Part shown: piece by piece, positions 10,595 through 20,392 of the stretch | How positions within the stretch are numbered: the stretch's first letter is position 1 | How the letters are laid out: every line of letters begins with the position of its first letter | NCBI RefSeq assembly: GCF_003352065.1 | Contig: NZ_CP025803.1 | Location: forward strand, 1,683,574 to 1,715,573 | DNA length: 32,000 bases | From: Sulfitobacter sp. SK011 | Lineage (GTDB): Bacteria; Pseudomonadota; Alphaproteobacteria; Rhodobacterales; Rhodobacteraceae | Reading direction: 5' to 3' | Translations under genes and position numbers: made by a program | The notes under the pieces: generated by a model | The model's input: the letters and a program-made list of their open reading frames with translations, nothing else | Database searches by the model: none | Told to the model about the DNA's origin: nothing

Positions 10595-11662
10595 CTATTC
10601 TTCATCCTCTTCGATCACCAGCAACAGATCACCGGATTGCTCCATCTGCCTGATCACAGTGACAATGTCCGCCATCGCTGTTTCGGCATCTGCTGGTTTG
10701 ACGCTGCCTGCTTCTGTTATGTCCTCGCGCAATTGATCGGCCATGCGGCCAGACATATTTTCGAGGATGTATTCCAAGGTTGCGCCGTTTCCGGCCGCTT
10801 CCGCGCCGGCAAGCGCGGTAATCAACTGGGCCGGATCGACCTCACGCAGGATGCGCGGAATGTCGCGCGGCGCTATGCGCTTGGGAATATTGGCGAAGGT
10901 AAAGATCGCCCTGCGCACTGCATTGGCAAATCCCATGTCGGTTTCGTCCAGCCCGGTCAAAACATCATCCCGGGTCAGGGTTGTTGATGAATTCAGGATC
11001 GCGCCGACCCGCTCAACCGGATCATTGTCGAACGCGCGGACCGGCTGCGCGTCCAGCTGGCTGGCCAGTGACAACCCGATCCGGTCGACCGCATCCGGTG
11101 TGACGGCACCCGTCAGTGACACCGCATAGGTGATGCGCCGGGCCTGCGGGCCGGGCAAGCGGCCCAACAGATCCGCAGCCAGAGCCACGGGCAGTTTGGA
11201 CAACATAACAGCGGCCACTTCAATGCTTTCATGCTCCAGAACCGGCAGCAATCGTTCTGGCCCCAGTTCCTTGAGACGGGCCCACGGATCACCCGACTGT
11301 CGCACCCCCGCTTCTTTGCGCAGGCGCGCCGCGGTTTGGCGGCTAATGGTGCCGTCCAGCGCGTCAAGAGCACCGGCAATGCCATCAGGAAACGACAGAC
11401 CGATCCGTTCCACCTCGTCAGAGAATTCCGCCACCACAGCCGCCAATGTGTCCCGGTCCACTACGCGCATGTTACCCATCTGATGTGTCAGATTGGCCTG
11501 CAATTCGTCCGGCAGATCCTCAAGCGGAATGTCGGCCCCCTCGTTGAGCAGCAATCGCACGACGATTGCGGCCTTGGCACGCTTGCTCAATAACGCAGAA
11601 ACGCCGCCCCCCATCGATGTGGAAAGCGGCGCGAAATTGCCCATGGGTACCATGTCGTTCAT
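10595..11662 (-). CDS. FliG-like protein (flagellar motor switch FliG family), stand-alone
   Basis: Translation shows FliG middle/C-terminal signatures: LEHESIEVAAVMLSKLP (EHPQ-like), VERVGAILN, IFTFANI (MFxFEDL-like) and NMSGRMADQLRED. The start is set at the first ATG (11662). The track ORF starts at a TTG at 11707. Confidence 0.65.
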   Translation of the reverse strand: MNDMVPMGNFAPLSTSMGGGVSALLSKRAKAAIVVRLLLNEGADIPLEDLPDELQANLTHQMGNMRVVDRDTLAAVVAEFSDEVERIGLSFPDGIAGALDALDGTISRQTAARLRKEAGVRQSGDPWARLKELGPERLLPVLEHESIEVAAVMLSKLPVALAADLLGRLPGPQARRITYAVSLTGAVTPDAVDRIGLSLASQLDAQPVRAFDNDPVERVGAILNSSTTLTRDDVLTGLDETDMGFANAVRRAIFTFANIPKRIAPRDIPRILREVDPAQLITALAGAEAAGNGATLEYILENMSGRMADQLREDITEAGSVKPADAETAMADIVTVIRQMEQSGDLLLVIEEDEE

Positions 11663-11740
11663 CGTTTGCCTGACCCCTATTGCCTTGGGGCCTTTAATGG
11701 CAGGCAATCATGAAAAAAGGTTTAGGAGCTATGGCAAATT

Positions 11741-12259
11741 TTAGTAGGTATAGGTCTGGCCCGTCGCAATTGCGGTGCGCAAGGATGCCTCGGCCCATGT
11801 GCCGCCGCCGCCATGCGCGCGAATGGCCCGCAATTGCACCAGTGCATCGGCAATCTTCCCCTGCTCAACCAACCCCTGGCCCATATAGGACCGCGCCAGG
11901 ATGTTTGCGGGGTTAACTGCCAAAGCCTGAGAGTAATAGCCCATTGCCACATCCATGCGGCCCATCTTGCGGTTGGTGAACCCCAGATACGTCAAGGTGC
12001 GGTCATCGGCCTGCGGCATGGCCGCCAGCACAGTCTGTGCATCCATATAACGCCCGGCATGGGCCAGTTCCCGCACCGTTTCATAAAGCGCGTCGACATC
12101 AAGATTGCCTTCCTGAGCGGCGACGCATTTTTTAGTCTTCTTATCATAGACTTGACCGTCTTCGCATTTTGGCTTTGACGGTGCGCCTCCGTCTCCACCT
12201 GCGGCCAAAAGGCCTGTCGGCAGAGCGAGCGTGAGGGCAGTGGCGATCAGGATACGCAT
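11741..12259 (-). CDS. Secreted TPR-repeat protein
   Basis: Signal peptide MRILIATALTLALPTGLLAA at the internal ATG 12259. TPR-like helices follow (YLGFTNRKMGRMDVAMGYYSQALAVNPANILARSYMGQGLVEQGK). The N-terminal extension in the track ORF is discounted. Confidence 0.6.
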   Translation of the reverse strand: MRILIATALTLALPTGLLAAGGDGGAPSKPKCEDGQVYDKKTKKCVAAQEGNLDVDALYETVRELAHAGRYMDAQTVLAAMPQADDRTLTYLGFTNRKMGRMDVAMGYYSQALAVNPANILARSYMGQGLVEQGKIADALVQLRAIRAHGGGGTWAEASLRTAIATGQTYTY

Positions 12260-12387
12260 AAAATAACTCCAGATAATCAAGCACGTGTTAGCAAAAAACA
12301 TAGCATGATTGCATACCCGGTAAAGGGGAGGCTGCTGTTCGCGCTTCACAATTGCGTTTGGTCTGGGACGTATGATCCGGGCTTAGG

Positions 12388-12549
12388 CTAGGTGGTCGCG
12401 TCCACAACGCAGGTGCCTGATGCCGTATCATAACTGCTGCCTTCAGAGCAGGACATCGCCTGTTTGTCGTGCTGGCAACCGGCCGCAAAAGACAATGTGG
12501 GTGTCAGGGCCAGCGCAAGGGCCACACATGCAAGTCTCAGTTTCATCAT
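12388..12549 (-). CDS. Small putative lipoprotein (53 aa), Cys-rich
   Basis: AAAGGAG lies 7 nt upstream of the ATGATG at 12549. Signal peptide with a lipobox-like LSFAAGC. The mature part is only about 30 aa. Confidence 0.45.
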   Translation of the reverse strand: MMKLRLACVALALALTPTLSFAAGCQHDKQAMSCSEGSSYDTASGTCVVDATT

Positions 12550-12642
12550 ACTACTCCTTTGATGTGCATTGGGCGGATCATACATAATCCGCCCCCATTT
12601 TCAAAGCAGTTTAGCGCGGTAGGCCAGGGGGTGCCGCGCCGA

Positions 12643-13947
<1,305 letters not shown>

Positions 13948-14204
13948 CGGGCACACACTTTCTGAGACTGTTTCTGGGGTCAAAAGGGCAATAGACTGAC
14001 GGGGGGGCAAGGACAAGCGCCCAGCAGGTGCATCCGGCAACAAGCCCGTTTCTAGGCGATCATGTCGTTGGGGCGCGCCGTGTCGAAGGGTCTTTTGATC
14101 CATGCCTGCAAGGCAGAATCCTGCTGACACCTTGGATTTGACACTAAATTGCCTTTCTTTTGTACCAGATCGCGTACAACGTCTCTGGAAAATAGGAGAG
14201 AATT

Positions 14205-15347
14205 ATGCGCGTTACAGCACTTTTGGCGACTGCTGCACTGATCCTTGGTGCACCAGTCCTGACCGATCAGATCACCAACAACACCCATGCTGCGGCCTTT
14301 GCCAAGGGTGGCAACGGCGGCGGTGGCGGCAACGGTGGCGGCGGCGGCGGCAACGGCGGTGGAAATGGTGGCGGCAAAGGGGCCGATAAGGGCGGCAACT
14401 CTGGCGGCAAGAGCGCGGGCAATGGGCGCAGCAAGGCCAACGGCGGCGGCAACGCCAAAAAGTCCTCAGGCCGGTCCATTGCGCGTTCTTCGGGGCAGGG
14501 ATCGAAAGCCTTCAAGTCTCAAGGGAATAAATCTCAAGCCAGCAAGAGTACCCGCAGCAACAGGTCGGTCAAAACCGCGACGACAAACTCAAAGCGGCCT
14601 CCTGAACTGGCACCTCGGACCAAGAACCTGCATTCGCAGCTGAAGGGGCTCAATTCGCTCAATCGCAACATCAACGGATTGATGAATTCATCGGACCCCA
14701 AGATGGAGGGTTTTCGGGATTTCATAGAAGCCAGCGCCGAGAGCGCCGCTGCGGAGGTGGCTTTGGAAGAGGCGATTGCGAACTATGCAACGCTTTCGGA
14801 TAACCTTGCACAATCGCTGGACCTGCTGGGCCTCGACGTGCCGACAACGCAGGACGAATTCGACGCGCTGTCAGCCACGATTGCCGACATTGCGAACACC
14901 CCGGCACCGCAAGAAGCTGACTTTACCGCTGCCGATGGCACTGTTGATCTGGACGCCTATGACAAAGCGGTATCCGAGTGGACCGGTGATGTGACCGCGG
15001 CCACCGCGGCACTGGGTCAGGTCGACGCAACCAGTGCCGGTTTCTCTGCCCTGCAGGATGCCGAGACAGAGGTCGAGACGACAGCCATCGCATCTTCGGA
15101 AGAGGCGATGATTGATGCCATTGTGGCGGGCATGAACGCCACCGGTAACACCACCTACACCGCCGAGGATATCACGCCCGAGATGGTTGATTGGGTTGGT
15201 GAAAAACTTGGGGTTGGTGAGGATCAGACCGGACTGATTGACGATTATATCGCGAAGCAGGACGAACCGGAGGTCACGGCCGCCACCACACCGGAGGATG
15301 ATGAAATCCTACCCGTCGATGAGACCACATTGGTCTTGGCCGACTAA
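14205..15347 (+). CDS. Secreted low-complexity protein (Gly/Asn-rich, then basic Ser/Lys-rich, then acidic C-terminal half)
   Basis: Signal peptide MRVTALLATAALILGAPVL, with GGAG upstream of the start. It is a long ORF between purB and a strong terminator. I recognise no family. Confidence 0.55.
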   Translation: MRVTALLATAALILGAPVLTDQITNNTHAAAFAKGGNGGGGGNGGGGGGNGGGNGGGKGADKGGNSGGKSAGNGRSKANGGGNAKKSSGRSIARSSGQGSKAFKSQGNKSQASKSTRSNRSVKTATTNSKRPPELAPRTKNLHSQLKGLNSLNRNINGLMNSSDPKMEGFRDFIEASAESAAAEVALEEAIANYATLSDNLAQSLDLLGLDVPTTQDEFDALSATIADIANTPAPQEADFTAADGTVDLDAYDKAVSEWTGDVTAATAALGQVDATSAGFSALQDAETEVETTAIASSEEAMIDAIVAGMNATGNTTYTAEDITPEMVDWVGEKLGVGEDQTGLIDDYIAKQDEPEVTAATTPEDDEILPVDETTLVLAD

Positions 15348-15362
15348 AATTGCTTCCCAAAA

Positions 15363-15398
15363 CTGAATGGCACGGCCCGCAAAGGCCATGCCATTCAG
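15363..15398. terminator. Bidirectional terminator hairpin between convergent genes
   Basis: CTGAATGGCACGGCC / GGCCATGCCATTCAG pairs 14 of 15 bp around a 6-nt loop. It lies 16 nt after the stop at 15347. Confidence 0.65.
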
Positions 15399-15428
15399 AT
15401 CACGGGAATTTCACGACAATACCTGCGC

Positions 15429-15686
15429 TTATTTGACGCGCAACGCATTGAGAGCATCGCGGTTGCGGCAATATTCAGGTGCCTCATCCAAATGGTCGTT
15501 TGAGCGCTGCAGTTTTGCACATGCCACCGGGTCGCTGCATCCTGTGCACTGCAGAACCATCGACCGATATTCCTGTGCCGCCTGTTCCGGGTTGTTTTGA
15601 GCAAGCGAGCCCAGATCAACATCCATCCGTTCGGTCAGGCCGAACATGAGATCCGCACTTTTGCCGATCTTCGAAAAAATTGCCAT
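15429..15686 (-). CDS. DUF6455-like small protein
   Basis: 85 aa from the ATG at 15686 (GGAG 6 nt upstream). The pattern ...EYRSMVLQCTGCSDPVACAKL...APEYCRNRDALNAL matches my recollection of the DUF6455 family common in Rhodobacteraceae. Confidence 0.55.
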   Translation of the reverse strand: MAIFSKIGKSADLMFGLTERMDVDLGSLAQNNPEQAAQEYRSMVLQCTGCSDPVACAKLQRSNDHLDEAPEYCRNRDALNALRVK

Positions 15687-15802
15687 TGGTCGCTCCACTT
15701 CACGTCCGAAAATACCAGTCGGTGAATGACAGTTTGCCGTGTTTCCGGCAGGAATTCCTTGATCTTGATCAAATGGGGGCGATTATTGGGGCCGGATTGC
15801 CG

Positions 15803-17026
15803 CTAAGCTGACCCGTCAACAAGTTCGGTCAGCACCTCAGATGACCGTTCAAGGGTGCGGTGCACCGGGCATTTATCCGCAATCTCAAGCAAGCGTTGGC
15901 GCTGGTCACCGGTCAGATCGCCGGTCAGATAGATGCGCCTGCGCCAGGTATCGATCTTGTCGCCACTGCCAGTTTCGGCGTCTTGTGCGTGCACTTTGTC
16001 ATGGCAGATATCCACACTGACATGTTCCAGGGGCCAGCCCTTGCGCCGGGCATACATGCGGATCGTCATTGAGGTGCAGGCCCCAAGGCCCGCCGACAGA
16101 AAGCCGTAAGGCGACATGCCGCGGTTGGTGCCGCCATAGGCCGCAGGTTCATCCGCCAAGGCATGATGATTGGGGCCGGACATCACGTCTTGCAAATATC
16201 CGTTTGGATCAGCCTCAGACACGCGCACAATACCCTCGGGCGCGCCCGGTGGTGGCGCGGGCGGTTTGAGGGGCAGGTATCTGGCCGCCCAGGTCGCAAT
16301 CACGTCAGCGGCGTATTCTGCATCCGCCGCGCGGGTGACCAGATGGTCCGCATTATCAAGGGTGACAAAACTTTTCGGGTGTTTGGCGGCCAGAAAAATC
16401 TGGCTGGCATTATCAATGCTGACAATCTCATCGCGCGGCGCGTGCAAGATCAGCAGGGCGGCATTCAGTTTGGCAATCGCCGGGGTGAGGGCACCGCTGG
16501 CCACGTCTTCGATAAAGCCTTTGCCAATGTTGAACGGCCGCCCACCAAGGCTCACCTCTGCCACACCCTTGGCAATGATCTCTGGCAGGGCATCGGCGAA
16601 ATTATGGGTCACATGTTCGGGGTCAAACGGCGCACCGATGGTGGCGACTGCCTTGATCTGGTCCATCTGGCTGGCGGCCTTGAGCACCGCCGCGCCGCCC
16701 AGCGAATGCCCGATCAGCAATGAGGGTGGCTTGCCATCCCCATCCAGATAGGTGCAGGCCGCAATCAGATCATCGACGTTTGACGTGAACGACGTATTGG
16801 CAAATTCACCTTCGGAATGGCCAAGCCCGGTAAAGTCAAACCGCAACACCGCAATGCCCATCCCTGCCAGGCGCGCAGCGATGCGCCGCGCCGCTGGAAT
16901 GTCTTTTCCACAAGTAAAACAATGCGCAAAGAGCGCTGTCGCCAAATGTGGCCCATCCGGCATGTCAAGCCGCGCCGCCAGCGTGCTGCCGTCATGGCCG
17001 GGAAAAGTGATGCGGTGGGTGGGCAT
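15803..17026 (-). CDS. Bifunctional alpha/beta hydrolase / OsmC family protein
   Basis: ATG at 17026 with AAAGGAG upstream. The N-terminal hydrolase has nucleophile elbow GHSLGG. The C-terminal part is OsmC-like (GFLSAGLGACTSMTIRMYA...ADKCPVHRTL). The remainder of the 675-aa track ORF is antisense to the next gene and is rejected. Confidence 0.8.
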   Translation of the reverse strand: MPTHRITFPGHDGSTLAARLDMPDGPHLATALFAHCFTCGKDIPAARRIAARLAGMGIAVLRFDFTGLGHSEGEFANTSFTSNVDDLIAACTYLDGDGKPPSLLIGHSLGGAAVLKAASQMDQIKAVATIGAPFDPEHVTHNFADALPEIIAKGVAEVSLGGRPFNIGKGFIEDVASGALTPAIAKLNAALLILHAPRDEIVSIDNASQIFLAAKHPKSFVTLDNADHLVTRAADAEYAADVIATWAARYLPLKPPAPPPGAPEGIVRVSEADPNGYLQDVMSGPNHHALADEPAAYGGTNRGMSPYGFLSAGLGACTSMTIRMYARRKGWPLEHVSVDICHDKVHAQDAETGSGDKIDTWRRRIYLTGDLTGDQRQRLLEIADKCPVHRTLERSSEVLTELVDGSA

Positions 17027-17224
17027 TGCGAACTCCTTTGTGCGTAGCTTCAAAGGGTGGGTGATCAAACAGGGCGGCGCAAGGGCTGTGACAGCCTTCT
17101 CACGACCCCGTGACGCGGGATGCATCGGATTGTGATCTGCGACCATCAAATCCAACCCAGCGTTTGCGTGTTCCAAATTCGCGATGTAGCAGTTGTCTGA
17201 CAATTCTTTCAGAAAGACGCCCCC

Positions 17225-18379
17225 ATGACCGACGCGCCAAGACCCCGCCTGCACCCCGCCACCATCGCCGCCCATGCGGCTGGCGCAACAGATAAGGCCA
17301 GTGGTGGGGTTGTGCCGCCGGTGCACTTTGCCACGACCTTTGCGCGGGGTGCCGATTACCTGCCCGTGAACCCCGACAACGTCTATCTGCGGTCTCACAA
17401 CGAAAACGTGCGCGTGGCTGAAAAGGTACTGAACGCGCTGGAAGGGGCCGAGGATACCTTGCTTTTCCCCTCGGGCATGGCGGCGGTTGCGGCGGTGTTT
17501 CGCACCGTGCCAAATGGCGCGTCCGTGCTGGTGCAAAGCCAGATCTACTGGGGCACAACCAAGTGGATACGCGATTTTTGTGCCCGACGTCAGATCACGC
17601 CGCATGAGGTTGAAGCCTCTGATATAAATGCGTTTTCTCAGGCTTGTGAGGACCACAAGCCGGCTCTGGCGTGGGTCGAGACCCCATCGAACCCCTGGCT
17701 GCGGATCACCGATATTGCGGCGACCGCCAAAGCCGCACATGCGGTGGGCGCAAAACTGATCGTCGACAGCACCGCCGCCACCCCGGTTCTCAGCCAACCC
17801 CTGTCGCTGGGTGCGGACATCGTGATGCACTCAGCGACCAAGGGCATCAATGGCCATTCTGATGTGCTGGCCGGGTCACTGGCAACGGCTGATCCCGGCA
17901 ACGCGATGTGGGCGATGATCCGTGAGGACCGCGATTGCGCCGGCGCGGTTCTGGGACCGATGGAGGCATGGCTGCTGACCCGTGGCATGCGCACGCTGCC
18001 GCTTCGGATGCGGGAAATGTCACGCAATGCCATGGAGTTAGCGGAGTTTCTTGAAGACCATCCAAAAGTCGAGGCGGTGCTTTACCCCGGCCTGTCGTCC
18101 CATCCGGGCCACGATCTGGCGGCACGCCAGATGACAGGTGGGTTCGGGCCGCTGTTGTCGTTCATTGTCAAAGGCGGCGCACCCGAGGCCCTGAACGTCG
18201 CGGGCCGTTTGCAGGTGTTCCACCGCGCCACTTCGCTGGGTGGGGTGGAAAGCCTGGTCGAACACCGCCACACCATTGAGCCGCACACCGGCATCCCCGA
18301 AGGGCTGCTGCGGATATCGGTGGGCATCGAGGATGTGCGCGATTTGGAAGCGGATCTGGCACAGGCGCTGGGGCAGTAG
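17225..18379 (+). CDS. Cys/Met-metabolism PLP-dependent enzyme (cystathionine gamma-synthase / beta-lyase family)
   Basis: 384 aa with the PLP-lysine motif SATKGINGHSDVLAG and the C-terminal LGGVESL...RISVGIED signature. Confidence 0.85.
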   Translation: MTDAPRPRLHPATIAAHAAGATDKASGGVVPPVHFATTFARGADYLPVNPDNVYLRSHNENVRVAEKVLNALEGAEDTLLFPSGMAAVAAVFRTVPNGASVLVQSQIYWGTTKWIRDFCARRQITPHEVEASDINAFSQACEDHKPALAWVETPSNPWLRITDIAATAKAAHAVGAKLIVDSTAATPVLSQPLSLGADIVMHSATKGINGHSDVLAGSLATADPGNAMWAMIREDRDCAGAVLGPMEAWLLTRGMRTLPLRMREMSRNAMELAEFLEDHPKVEAVLYPGLSSHPGHDLAARQMTGGFGPLLSFIVKGGAPEALNVAGRLQVFHRATSLGGVESLVEHRHTIEPHTGIPEGLLRISVGIEDVRDLEADLAQALGQ

Positions 18380-18584
18380 AGGCTCAGCGGCTAAGAGATT
18401 GGATTAATGAAGAAAATGGGTTCTGTGATGTGGCTGTATCACGTCGGTATTGCGTCGGTGGCTTTGGTTTGTTGGGGGCGGGTTAAGGGGCGTGCGGTGG
18501 TTTGGATGAAACTTCTCGATGCAACGATATTTGTCTAATTCGGCCCAAACCGGACCTTCAAGCAGTTTGCGGCTAAAGGCAGGT

Positions 18585-18815
18585 TTGAGCCGATTGTGTT
18601 GAAAAACCCCGTTATTGACGAAAATCGAAAAATTTTTCGCCTTAGAGAGTGACCAACTTTTGGAGGCGAGGGGGTCGGCCAATTTGGCCGGCTGCGGCTC
18701 CTGTGCCCGCACTATGCCTCTTACGGTCGATCTGTTCTGACTTTTGGGCTTAATGGGCAGCTGCGCAAAAATCGCGGATTTCAAATTTCAGAGTTTTTCA
18801 ACACAATCAGCCCTT
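18585..18815. repeat. Inverted pair of the GATTGTGTTGAAAAAC repeat (arms about 18585-18640 and 18760-18815)
   Basis: The exact 16-mer is at 18592-18607 and its reverse complement is at 18793-18808. Flanking similarity extends about 50 bp on each arm. A third copy sits at 30282-30297. Confidence 0.6.
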
Positions 18816-19125
18816 ACCGGAAGTGCTCTCGCTCCGCCTTTCGCGGGTGCAGCAAACTGTTTGCCAAAGCCATCAGCCGCGACGCAGCAAGAAAAGCGGA
18901 CGTTCAGTCACAGCGCAGCGAGATTTGGAATGCCGATGTCTGAGTTGCGGACCGCGCAGAGACCAGAAATTAGGCTTCACAAACAAAGGAATAGGTCAGC
19001 ATCCTAAGTTCACTGAGCCCCCTGAGTTGATTTTTTGTCATCTCCTTGGCTGCAGCACCGAACAATATCCGCGTTGTTGGAGAAAGTGATTTTTCGGGCT
19101 TGGCCTGCTCCGTTCTCTCTTTGAG

Positions 19126-19791
19126 TCAATTGTAGCATTCCAAAGTAGAATCCATTTCGTGAATGATACGGAAACCAGCAGGCAACAAATGCTTAGACAT
19201 CTCCTCTGGTGTCGCGAGATGACTGATCGATGGTTCCGAAGCCCATGGCGCCGGATACAGCACGTCGCCGCCTTCTCCTTGCAGAATATCATAGATTCCA
19301 AATCGTGTGCCGGGTTTGAGAACGCGCCGTGCCTCAGTATAGATCGCAGCCTTGTTTGGGATGTTCATTGCAACGTGAACAGTCAAGGCACCATCGAAAT
19401 GATTTTTTGGAAATGGGAGGTTTGTTGCATCGCCCTGAATGAACTCTGTTTTGTCGCTCAGATTGACCCAGTCGGAAATTGCCGTTCCCACATCACAAAA
19501 CTCTTGGGTCAAATCCACCCCAGTTACATGGACACCCGCTTCTGCTGCCAATGTTCTGGCCACGCCGCCCAAGCCACTTCCAATATCCAAGACCTTCGAT
19601 TTGGGAGCCAGCCGCAAGTGCCCCAGCAGCTGAAGGGTCGCCTCGCGTCCTCGAAAATGAAACTCGTCTATGGATTCAAATTCTGAAGCGCTCAGCTCAT
19701 CTGGCTCGAATCCAGCTTCACGCAGATCACGTGCGATCTTATCGACCAAACCTCCACCGCCGCTGTAATGAGTTGACACGGGTTCAGGCAT
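19126..19791 (-). CDS. Class I SAM-dependent methyltransferase
   Basis: SAM-binding motif I VLDIGSGLGGVARTLA. AGGAG lies 9 nt upstream of the ATG at 19791. Confidence 0.8.
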   Translation of the reverse strand: MPEPVSTHYSGGGGLVDKIARDLREAGFEPDELSASEFESIDEFHFRGREATLQLLGHLRLAPKSKVLDIGSGLGGVARTLAAEAGVHVTGVDLTQEFCDVGTAISDWVNLSDKTEFIQGDATNLPFPKNHFDGALTVHVAMNIPNKAAIYTEARRVLKPGTRFGIYDILQGEGGDVLYPAPWASEPSISHLATPEEMSKHLLPAGFRIIHEMDSTLECYN

Positions 19792-19870
19792 CTGCCGATC
19801 TCCTTCCCGCGCTCTCAGGCTGCAATTTTCTCGACACTTGCCAGAGGCGAAGGGGAGACGTCACAGCGGC

Positions 19871-20392
19871 TTACCAAGGTTTCTCACCCTGTGTCGCCCA
19901 GACGTCTATAAAGTTGTCCCGATTGGGCATTTGCACTGACGGAAGCGTGTCCGCTGTCATGGCCGTGCCTTCGTCTATGATGCCGTTTCGCTCAAGTATG
20001 AACGCAGCCAATGCATAGACCTCGTCATCAGTAAGCGATTTTGGTGCATCGAGTGGCATGGCGCGTCGGATGTAGTCGAAGAGTGTCGTGGCATAGGGCC
20101 AATGCTTGCCCACCGACTTTGGCCAAATCTCGTTCGGCCAAACCGGTGGCATGACTGGGCCTTCCGTGCCGGTCGCGCCATGACAGTTCGTGCATTGGGC
20201 GGCATAAATCTCCGCCCCTTCGACAGCGGTTCCGCTGCCCCCCGGAAGACCACGCCCATCGGGCATGACATAGGTCGCATAAAAAGGCACTTCGTCCGGT
20301 GACAACGGCTGCCCCAAATCCGGTCCTTCGGCGAGAGAGGCGGTGGCAGTCAGAACGGCAAACCCGAATAGTGAAAGCTTAGATGTAGACAT
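19871..20392 (-). CDS. Monoheme c-type cytochrome, partner subunit of sulfite dehydrogenase (SorB/SoxD-like)
   Basis: Signal peptide MSTSKLSLFGFAVLTATASLA and a single CTNCH heme site. The ATG at 20392 overlaps the upstream gene's end by 14 nt. Confidence 0.75.
   Translation of the reverse strand: MSTSKLSLFGFAVLTATASLAEGPDLGQPLSPDEVPFYATYVMPDGRGLPGGSGTAVEGAEIYAAQCTNCHGATGTEGPVMPPVWPNEIWPKSVGKHWPYATTLFDYIRRAMPLDAPKSLTDDEVYALAAFILERNGIIDEGTAMTADTLPSVQMPNRDNFIDVWATQGEKPW

Noticed and set aside
17027-17224. Possible SAM riboswitch upstream of the trans-sulfuration gene
   Set aside because: I looked for the SAM-II-type pseudoknot elements I remember (a U-rich tract pairing with AAAGCU) and found nothing convincing. 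The region is more simply a divergent promoter region.
17027-17830. N-terminal 268 codons of the 675-aa minus-strand ORF 15803-17830
   Set aside because: The recognisable hydrolase-OsmC protein starts at the ATG at 17026, which has a strong AAAGGAG. The extension is Arg/Gly-rich, has no domains and runs antisense through the well-supported PLP enzyme gene. This is a typical high-GC shadow ORF.
18380-18600. tRNA or tmRNA fragment, or G-quadruplex, at the left island junction
   Set aside because: I could not assemble a cloverleaf-compatible acceptor/T-arm sequence. Only three G-tracts of 3 or more occur together (GGGGGCGGGTTAAGGGG), which is not enough for a canonical G4.
18404-19007. ORFs 18404-18784 (minus) and 18744-19007 (plus)
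   Set aside because: They are built from the inverted GATTGTGTTGAAAAAC repeat arms and a degenerate hairpin-repeat copy. Translations such as FSTQSA..., EKRTF... look like the spurious ORFs that intergenic repeats commonly generate.
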